Source of the DNA: Yuukianura sp. NJ FZ-2021
Lineage: Eukaryota
DNA length: 64,000 nucleotides
Assembly (NCBI GenBank): GCA_046563655.1
Contig: CM102289.1
Location: forward strand, 434,001 to 498,000
Direction of reading: 5' to 3'
This document shows, in pieces, positions 23,825-31,526 of this stretch. The notes beneath the pieces are model-generated. The model saw nothing but the letters and a program-made list of their open reading frames with translations, had not been told where the DNA came from and searched no databases. The translations under genes were made by a program, and so were the position numbers. Every line of letters starts with the position of its first letter. Positions within the stretch are counted from its first letter, which is position 1.

Positions 23825-24193
23825 ATGGCCATATTTTTCGATTTAAGGGCGAGCCGGTTTCCTGTCTACCATTTCTTGTCACCAATCTTAAAGAACAAAT
23901 TCCACGAGGCATTGGACAACTTTGTGGACTATACACAACAAATCCGAACCAAGGAAGGCTGCAACAGGATTTTTACCGAATACCCACTTCTCCAAGGATT
24001 TGAAGACGATCAGCATGCTGATTCCATGTGGATGTACATACTTGGAAAATATTCTAATTCTTTATTGGACTCTTACGTGGCTAATATTGTTGAAAACTTT
24101 TCCGTCAATTCAAAGTCGAATCTATTAATTTTTCAAGAAATTTTTGCCATGCAATTCATTGTTGCTGCTGTTACTTTTAAGCCGAATGAATAA
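23825..24193 (+). CDS. Maverick accessory ORF of unknown function (122 aa)
   Basis: ATG-initiated ORF inside the left end, convergent with and overlapping the protease; AATAAA at its stop. Confidence 0.5.
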   Translation: MAIFFDLRASRFPVYHFLSPILKNKFHEALDNFVDYTQQIRTKEGCNRIFTEYPLLQGFEDDQHADSMWMYILGKYSNSLLDSYVANIVENFSVNSKSNLLIFQEIFAMQFIVAAVTFKPNE

Positions 24194-24724
24194 AAGTTCG
24201 TATTGTTCACAAAATTTTTTGCAGCACTGAACAGTGCGTGGAAATACAGAGCCAAGTCTACAAATTCTTTTCTTTACAAAGTTTACAACAATTTTATCAT
24301 TTGCTACAGTATCATTTGTAAAGCTTCTATACATATTTCCAATACATCCATTTTCTCTGAATAGCTTATGAAGAAAGTAAATTGTATAGTGACCACAAAC
24401 ATCACTGGTGATGCTCTGTAGAATTCTATCCGAATCAATAAGTTTTGAAGAATTAATATTCACAAAGTTTCTAAATACTTCATTGTAGCTTTCGATCCCT
24501 CTTCCATAGGAATCTATGAAAATGATAGGACATGATTTTTCCGCCTGGTAAAGTGCAAGCCAGTGTTGCCCTGGTTTAGAGCTAACATCAGAATTACAAA
24601 CTAAATACAATGGGTATTTTTCAATTTTTAAATTTACAAGCAAGTCGCATGGTATTACATTAAATGTACAACTATTGTCTGCCAAGAAGCAGTTTAGGTA
24701 TCCATAAATTTCTTCGGTATTCAT
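24125..24724 (-). CDS. Maverick adenain-like cysteine maturation protease
   Basis: NSDVSSKPGQHWLA (His), FIDSYG (Asp), LQSITSDVCGHY (Gln, Cys). Confidence 0.92.
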   Translation of the reverse strand: MNTEEIYGYLNCFLADNSCTFNVIPCDLLVNLKIEKYPLYLVCNSDVSSKPGQHWLALYQAEKSCPIIFIDSYGRGIESYNEVFRNFVNINSSKLIDSDRILQSITSDVCGHYTIYFLHKLFRENGCIGNMYRSFTNDTVANDKIVVNFVKKRICRLGSVFPRTVQCCKKFCEQYELLFIRLKSNSSNNELHGKNFLKN

Positions 24725-26058
24725 ACTTCAATTATTGGAGAGTTTGGAAAATCTTTGAAGTAGGCGTTCTTGCTTTTATCAATATACAGCACTGATTGAT
24801 ACTCAGCATAGACGATCACGGTAACAGACTCGGTTAGAGCTTCTCTAAATGCCAAATCAATCTTCACGTTTCCGTACTTGGGGAGTGCAAATCCATCTCG
24901 AATGTGTCGAAGGTTGTAAACTAGCAGAGGATGTCTCTTAAATGTTTCCCGTGTGATATCCAAGCCAACGTCTTCATTCGAAACTCCGAGTCCTTCAAAC
25001 AGGTTGTTGTAGAGTTGAATGTATTGATTTTGACTGAAATCCAATTGAAGAGGTAGATACGTTGTGTTGTCTCCATTTATAGCAACTTCCACTCGATTGA
25101 GGTTGAAATCTTGAAATCGAAATGGGTTCCTTTTTATATCTCCACTGTACGCTTTTGAGGAAACTAATCCCACAACAATTCGATCTGGTAGTAGTCCGCT
25201 TAACACAGTGTCATTCACATCGTTGGTAGCTCCCGTAGCAATAGAATAGGCTTTGAGTTCCACACGTTTCATTGGATATGTTGCAGGATTTCCAGCATGG
25301 AGCGCTGAAATTGTTGCATTCAATAGTGTAGGCAGAAGAACATGCTTTTTGACTAAAAGCTTGGCTTCAACAATCCGAACCGTTGCACTTGTCGTTTGTC
25401 CAGTAAACAGGCAAAAGGCAGTTGGCGATCTTGCGAATGATACCCGCATATCAATACCAGGGATCAAGTATTTGTTTTGAAGAAACAAGTCGCAAAACGG
25501 GCGACCAATCATTTCAAACACTTGACTTCCCTTTGTCACTTTGTAGCGTTCACTGAAGCCATCTTCGTCGGTGGTTAGAACAGATGCTGGATCGTTTTCA
25601 CGATAGTACAAGGCGCATTGAGCTTGTGACTTTTTATACTCTCTGTTGTAGGAAAGTAAAGTGTCCAAATAGCTTCTGTATGCATAATGATTTGTTGCTG
25701 GTGTAACCAAGACTTCGTTCAAATAGATGGCTGCTTGTTGAAACATTGAGTGCAAAAAGTTGTTGACTGTTCCCACAACTGTTGCTTCTTCGAATTGACT
25801 TCCATCTGGTTTGACCACTCTGGCTTTGACGTAAAGTTTTGTCTCGCTCAAATCGATAAACTGAACATCGTTTGATTGAATGAAGAATTCCAGGGGTGAT
25901 GTTTGATCACTAATTGACGTGATTGGATAATGCTCTGATGAGTGTGTTGAAACCAAGCTGACATCATAGTGTGGCTCTTGAAACAGTTGTGTCTCTGAAC
26001 GGATGAATGTAAACGGTAGTGTGGATGGTGCACTTGCTAGTTTTACTCGGCGTGGCAT
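24721..26058 (-). CDS. Maverick major capsid protein (double jelly-roll, 445 aa)
   Basis: YPITSISDQTSPLEFFI, FIDLSETKLYVKA, VNNFLHSMFQQ, YAYRSYLDTLL, DLFLQNKYLIPGID, LPDRIVVGLV, NPFRFQDF; true start is probably ATG 26058 (see findings). Confidence 0.9.
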   Translation of the reverse strand: MPRRVKLASAPSTLPFTFIRSETQLFQEPHYDVSLVSTHSSEHYPITSISDQTSPLEFFIQSNDVQFIDLSETKLYVKARVVKPDGSQFEEATVVGTVNNFLHSMFQQAAIYLNEVLVTPATNHYAYRSYLDTLLSYNREYKKSQAQCALYYRENDPASVLTTDEDGFSERYKVTKGSQVFEMIGRPFCDLFLQNKYLIPGIDMRVSFARSPTAFCLFTGQTTSATVRIVEAKLLVKKHVLLPTLLNATISALHAGNPATYPMKRVELKAYSIATGATNDVNDTVLSGLLPDRIVVGLVSSKAYSGDIKRNPFRFQDFNLNRVEVAINGDNTTYLPLQLDFSQNQYIQLYNNLFEGLGVSNEDVGLDITRETFKRHPLLVYNLRHIRDGFALPKYGNVKIDLAFREALTESVTVIVYAEYQSVLYIDKSKNAYFKDFPNSPIIEV

Positions 26059-26059
26059 C

Positions 26060-26406
26060 TTAGAACAGAAACTTCCCGTCAGCTTTCCGCTTCCTTTTCT
26101 GATTGCGCTTCCTTCGCTTTCCAGAACCAGACTGATCCATAATCTGTGATCCAACTCTTTTAAAGCTTCCCGTCCGTGTTCCTTTATGGCAGAGGAAAGT
26201 GGTTGCTTCTTTGCAACCATGTCGGTGGCAATACTGGTAATTGCAGATGTCGCATGTGGTAGAATAAATTTTTTCAAGAATGGTACAAGATAGCGAGCTA
26301 CACTACCAAAGACACCACCAAGACCTCCACCTCGTTGTCTTCGGATGCCGGCAAAATACAGACGTCCGTCGTCAAATGCTCCTCCGTTTTGTAAGTGATA
26401 ATTCAT
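26060..26406 (-). CDS. Maverick small conserved basic/amphipathic protein (frameshift at ~26158-26161)
   Basis: FAGIRRQRGGGLGGVFGSVARYLVPFLKK N-terminus; alternate frame gives QSGSGKRRKRNQKRKRKADGKFLF-stop one base before the MCP ATG. Confidence 0.75.
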
Positions 26407-28242
26407 TCTTTTTCTCGAAACTGTAGTGTCACGGTCACACTTCCAAACTGTAATGGCATTCTTTCACCACTTTCGTTTAATATATACACGTGCACTGTGT
26501 CGAATTCGGATAAGGCAAGCTCCATGAAATGAGGATGTATGAATTCATGATGTTGTTGTTCCCGATTGTTTCCACTGTAGGGTACAACACGAAGACAAGG
26601 GGCTAATCTATCTCCAATATACTGAGGTCTGACCAAATTACAATAAACAAATAATTTGGTATTTCCTGCTGTAAGGAATATAGGGTAAGCCCCTACACCT
26701 TCGCACTTATGAAGACCAGAGACCTTGGCCGGAGATTCCTCTTCATCCTCACTGGGGGAGGACTCTGCTTCAGTTGTCTTGTCAGAAGATTCCGTTGTAA
26801 TTTCTTTGGAGGTTTTTCTCACTGGTTGATTTTCCCCAGGTTTTACCACTGGTTGATTTTCTTCTAAAGACACAGGTTTTGAGACTGGTTCAATTTCCTC
26901 AAGATTAGATTGAACTGGCTTGTCGGGTTTAACTAGTCTAATTTCAGGAATTTTCTCAGATGGAACTGGTTGAACTTCCTCAGCAGTTGGTCGAATTGCA
27001 TTGGAGACTTGTCGAACTGGTTGAACTTCCTCAGTAGTTGGTCGAATTTCATTGGAGACTTGTCGAACTGGTTGAACTTCCTCAGCAGTTGGTCGAATTG
27101 CATTGCTAGTTTGCGAAAGGGCTATTGGTTCTCATGACCACATTGACTTGTATATAGTTCCTTCCGGCAAATTGTAAATGTGGAATTCTTTTGCTTCGTC
27201 GGAAAACCGTAGTTTGTGGAATTCCGAGTAGTCGGTTAATTTCTATTGTGAAGAAGGCTTGCATTTTAGAAGTTCCTTTCCAAAGAATTCTTACGGTGTT
27301 TTGATTGATGAAGATGTAGATTGGAATATCACTACTTCTGCAGATATTGTTTATAGCGTTAACCAAGTCTTCAATGTCGGCCACTGCGGAACTATGGACC
27401 TCGTATTTTTTTGATTTCCTCGGGCTTGAAAACAAGAAAGCGACAGATCCTTCATAATTATTAAAGTCTGTAACGTTGAATTCCCGTTCGGCTGTATAAT
27501 CTTGAGTCAGCAGAAACTCATTTTCTGAGAAACCCAAGAGGTTGGCAAAATCCCTTGGATATATTTCCACCTTTCTGTACTGTTGACTGTACATGCGCAT
27601 GATGATTGTGCCAGTCTTGCTCTCCAGTTGAATGCCATTGTGTAGTAACAATACATTCATCGGGGTGAAAAAGCTAGAGAGCGAATTAGCTCGAACTTTA
27701 TTGTATCCTGTTTTTGTACGTTTTGCTGCCTCAAAGAAGTGAATTCCATTTCCATCACGAATTTGCAGTTGTTGTGGTGCTTGCTCATGTTGTATATATT
27801 GGCGATGTGATCGGCTACTTGTCAACTTCTCACTAGGCAAGCCCAACAAGTCCTTGATTTTTTCGGTCACTATGATGACTTCTTTTGGGTTACTCAACTC
27901 GATGCTATACTCCAATACGTTGTTGTTGATTGAAAATGTCGAATTTGGAAGAGCAGTCCTGAGAACATCGAGCATTTCATCCTGGGTTGTAACATCTGTT
28001 TTGCTTCGCAGATCAGTTTCAGTAACAGAGTTCAGCTCCCATCTTCTCGTAAACAGCAATTCGTCTTTACTTATAATGGCCAAGCCGGCGGTGTAGCTAA
28101 TGTCTGTCATAGCGACCTCCCATCGTCCAGGTGGGAGGGATATAAAAGTCCCAAGTCTATTTTTAAACTCTGGAATTGTATTGTCTTCATAAATCTTTGT
28201 TGACGCGTTTGACTGAAGAGTAACATAAAAGGATTGAACCAT
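26403..28242 (-). CDS. Maverick minor capsid (penton) protein with a large internal insert; frame break at ~27106-27133
   Basis: N-term FYVTLQSNAS...GRWEVAMTDISY; C-term LFVYCNLVRPQYIGDRLAPCLRVV...VTVTLQFR; 51-bp tandem repeats at ~26963-27105. Confidence 0.8.
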
Positions 28243-28288
28243 GTTGACAACTTGAACACGACTGATGATTTATTACAGTGTTTCGTAA

Positions 28289-29026
28289 TTATATAGACAA
28301 CCACCGTCCACCGTCTTGCCGTACTCGTTTCATTGCTGGGGTGTCATCTAGTAAAGCGGCATTCATGTTGAGACTTCGACGTAGTCTTCGCTTCATGTTA
28401 ACATATTGAGAGCGATGAAGTGGTTCTGTAGGTACAGGAGAGAACGAATGTGCCGGTGTAGTGTACTCCTCTGTAGTCGGTGTAGTTTCTCCTTTTTCAA
28501 GTTCCAGATACGCACGCATTTCTCTTGGAATATTCTCCACGGTTGACAGAATAACATCTACAGCATCCTCCATTCCAAAGGGTGTAATGTATTGTGCCCT
28601 GTCTTCAATTTTGATAATGTGTTGTAAGATTTGGATTATGCTCGATCCTGGATATCTCACTCCATCAATGATAATTTCAAACTTCTCGTTGTATTTTATA
28701 CGGGCTAACTTCATAAGATTTAAAATTTTCTCTGTGATATTTCTGTATGATTCTCCAACTTCTTTGAGGATATACGGTTTTGATAGTTCCAGAAAAATGT
28801 CATCTTCGCTCGAACTAGCGCTTGACACCTTTGTTACATCCTTAACAAGAACAGGCTTCTGACTGTCAGCTTTAGCTGTTTGGAGTTGTCGCCGCAATTG
28901 ATCCTGATAAAAAAGATTTTTGATCTCCGTAGGAACATCAGTCGCTAGTATTTCTCCCAGTTTTGTCTTAGGACTTCCTTTCCACTGCAGATATTCAGCC
29001 TCAGGTATTAACCGCATACGACGCAT
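28289..29026 (-). CDS. Maverick conserved hypothetical protein (245 aa)
   Basis: MRRMRLIP start, EIIIDGVRYPGSSIIQIL core and C-terminal QDGGRWLSI, a pattern typical of a recurrent Polinton ORF. Confidence 0.75.
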   Translation of the reverse strand: MRRMRLIPEAEYLQWKGSPKTKLGEILATDVPTEIKNLFYQDQLRRQLQTAKADSQKPVLVKDVTKVSSASSSEDDIFLELSKPYILKEVGESYRNITEKILNLMKLARIKYNEKFEIIIDGVRYPGSSIIQILQHIIKIEDRAQYITPFGMEDAVDVILSTVENIPREMRAYLELEKGETTPTTEEYTTPAHSFSPVPTEPLHRSQYVNMKRRLRRSLNMNAALLDDTPAMKRVRQDGGRWLSI

Positions 29027-29027
29027 A

Positions 29028-29375
29028 TTACTGATTCAGGAGTTTCTTCTTCACGAGCGAGAAAGCTGCCGGTAATAGCGAACCAAGTATGAGAGGTAAT
29101 ATAGCTCCTCCTCTCTGGCTCAAGAGCTTTCGTTTAAGATCCACTGATAAGCTCGGCTTTGTGCCTATCGTCCGTATCGGTCTTTCAAACTTCCTTAATT
29201 TTTCCAGGACAGATGGCGTGACCGGAACGTTCTTTCGATACACGTTGTAGATGAGTTCACAAATGCTGGTAAGTTCCTCTGGGCTAGCGGTTTGTAAAAG
29301 AGCCTTTCGCTGCTTTGGTCCACACTTTGCTAAATATTTTAGAAAGTGTTTATTCGAGAGTATTCGGCTAGGCAT
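29028..29375 (-). CDS. Maverick small basic protein with QRGG plus a hydrophobic tail (115 aa)
   Basis: FLKYLAKCGPKQRKALL...ICELIYNV...KRKLLSQRGGAILPLILGSLL. Confidence 0.8.
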   Translation of the reverse strand: MPSRILSNKHFLKYLAKCGPKQRKALLQTASPEELTSICELIYNVYRKNVPVTPSVLEKLRKFERPIRTIGTKPSLSVDLKRKLLSQRGGAILPLILGSLLPAAFSLVKKKLLNQ

Positions 29376-29454
29376 GGTGACGCATTACCGACCAGATTAC
29401 GACTGACTGTACAATTTAGAAGCTCGAGTATATAAAGAAATTTCTCAGTCTCAC

Positions 29455-29904
29455 TTGGTCAGTCGAATGGGTTGCATTGCTAGCTTTGGATCCTATTTGT
29501 GTTCTCTGCTGAAAAACAACAGTGAGTTTTCGGTTTGTCAAAACTGCTCCTTCAACGTTGAAATAAACAAAATGGAAGACGAAAATGGTCAAGACGCAAT
29601 TGGGGAGGACGTCTATCAGGACTTGTTGGAAATCATGCAAAAGAAGAAGAAGAAGAAAGACATTGTGAGCACGCCAACTGTGCTTCACGTCCAACGCTCT
29701 GCTCGTGGGTCGCCCCCGAAGCCACAAATCCTGATGGAGGGAGGATGGTCAATTTACTTTGGTGATGAAGTGGGGATCGTCTCGTCCAATCCTACCCATA
29801 TTCACATCAGAAATATTGAAGACTCAAGTATTGGAATCGCACTGAAGATTGATTTATTCGGCTGCTTGTTGCATAGTATGTTAGAACTTAAAAAGTACTA
29901 CTAA
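29455..29904 (+). CDS. Maverick accessory ORF of unknown function (ATG may be 29572, MEDENG...)
   Basis: Acidic then poly-Lys segment; stop overlaps the ATPase stop. Confidence 0.45.
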   Translation: MVSRMGCIASFGSYLCSLLKNNSEFSVCQNCSFNVEINKMEDENGQDAIGEDVYQDLLEIMQKKKKKKDIVSTPTVLHVQRSARGSPPKPQILMEGGWSIYFGDEVGIVSSNPTHIHIRNIEDSSIGIALKIDLFGCLLHSMLELKKYY

Positions 29905-30551
29905 TACATTTTCAAAGTTGAATAAACAGTACACAATTCTGGAAATATATTTGAACGGATTCGATGATCGTCATTCTGTTGTTGAGACATGTCCAAATGT
30001 ATGTAGCTGTTAGGGTTATTCCTTGTGAGTTCTTCATAGACCGTCCGCAAAATTCCCTCCTTCCCTCCATTCATCTGACGACTTAGGTGGTTAATTATGC
30101 TCGTGTCTCTCGGATTCCGGAATAGCGTTATGTACTTGCTGTTGAGAGTGAGCGTTCGGCAATTCTTGTAGAAAAAGTTTTGAAGTGTAATTATAATGGA
30201 CATCGATCTATGGCTCGATCCTCTGGTGCACATTGAGCAAACGTCTTTGGATTGTGAGGCCTCCTCCATAAAGTCGTCCAAAATCACTAATGTTGGAATA
30301 GTGTTTCCTTCAGGTACATCAACGAGTAGACCTTTTTGAAGGTGAATTGCATCTCCCAATGCAGACTTTAACTCGTCTGCAAAAGGTGGCTCATCTTCAT
30401 TGTAACAATACAACACTCGTTCAATGCGAGGATAAATTACTTCATCCTTTCTTAGTATCAAGTCCTTTATCAGGGTGCTCTTTCCGCACTGTGTAGGACC
30501 AGCGCAAGTCATTACAAATGGGTGGTGTAGACGATAGTCATATTCCATCAT
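29901..30551 (-). CDS. Maverick A32/FtsK-HerA-type genome packaging ATPase
   Basis: Walker A GPTQCGKS, Walker B LVILDD, SHRSMSIIITLQN, NSKYITLFRNPRD. Confidence 0.93.
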   Translation of the reverse strand: MMEYDYRLHHPFVMTCAGPTQCGKSTLIKDLILRKDEVIYPRIERVLYCYNEDEPPFADELKSALGDAIHLQKGLLVDVPEGNTIPTLVILDDFMEEASQSKDVCSMCTRGSSHRSMSIIITLQNFFYKNCRTLTLNSKYITLFRNPRDTSIINHLSRQMNGGKEGILRTVYEELTRNNPNSYIHLDMSQQQNDDHRIRSNIFPELCTVYSTLKMY

Positions 30552-30611
30552 GAAGGCTGGATGACAACTGAATATAATGGGCGAGACACACTCAATTTAT
30601 TCAGTTTTAAA

Positions 30612-31526
30612 ATGGCAAGCAACATAGCAACACGTTGGACGAGCTTGAAAACTCCTGGCAGCTTTAGCGGCGTGTCAAATTTTAATCCAAAAGGATCTAC
30701 TTCAAAGGTGAGGCGTGAGCTGAAGAAGATTCCTGCATATACTCTACATCATCCAGTTATAAGGCGGTTTCCACGGAGGAAGGTGATGGTTAGCGGGATA
30801 CACGAACAATACTCTATGGATTTAAAGGACATCCGGAAACATTCAACAGCCAACTTTAAGAAAAAATATCTACTGGTTGTTATAGACGTATTTTCAAAGA
30901 AAGCCTGGATTGAAGCCATACCACGGAAAACTGGCGTTATTGTCACCAATGCCTTGAAGAAGATATTTCAACGCAGCGGCTCTCTTCCGAAGAGAATCAG
31001 TGTAGATGAAGGAACAGAATTTCTCAATCAGACTATGAAAAATTATTTGAAGAAGCAAGGAATCGACTTGTTTTGGACACATTCACCTCTCAAAAGTGTT
31101 GTGATAGAACGATTTATTCGAACCCTGTTTTCAAAGATTCAGCGTTACATGACACATAACAAGACAAAAAGATTTGTCAACAGGCTTCATGATTTTGAAA
31201 AGCTATACAATAACACCTATCATAGAAGTATAAAGATGGCACCGAACAATGTTACTAAAGATAATGAGCAACTAGTACATAGTTATTTGTATCCTCAAAA
31301 GCCAGTTGATTACACACCACCTAAATTTTCTGTTGGAGATAGAGTTTTAGCTGCTAGGAAAAAGAAGACATTTGAGAAGGGTTATACACCAAACTATTAT
31401 GATGAAGTTTATACAATTGTAAAAATTCGAGAAACAATTCCTAGAGTTTACATGTTAGAAGATCCTGAAGGCGTGCCAATCTTAGGAGGATGGTATGAAA
31501 ATCAACTTGTGAAAATAAATTATTGA
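30612..31526 (+). CDS. Maverick retroviral-like (rve) integrase with no C-terminal chromodomain
   Basis: PGSFSG, YTLHHP, SMDLKD, IDVFSK, VDEGTEF, IERFIRTL, YNNTYHRSIKMAP, KFSVGDRV, FEKGYTPN; ends at WYENQLVKINY; alternative start 30561. Confidence 0.93.
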   Translation: MASNIATRWTSLKTPGSFSGVSNFNPKGSTSKVRRELKKIPAYTLHHPVIRRFPRRKVMVSGIHEQYSMDLKDIRKHSTANFKKKYLLVVIDVFSKKAWIEAIPRKTGVIVTNALKKIFQRSGSLPKRISVDEGTEFLNQTMKNYLKKQGIDLFWTHSPLKSVVIERFIRTLFSKIQRYMTHNKTKRFVNRLHDFEKLYNNTYHRSIKMAPNNVTKDNEQLVHSYLYPQKPVDYTPPKFSVGDRVLAARKKKTFEKGYTPNYYDEVYTIVKIRETIPRVYMLEDPEGVPILGGWYENQLVKINY

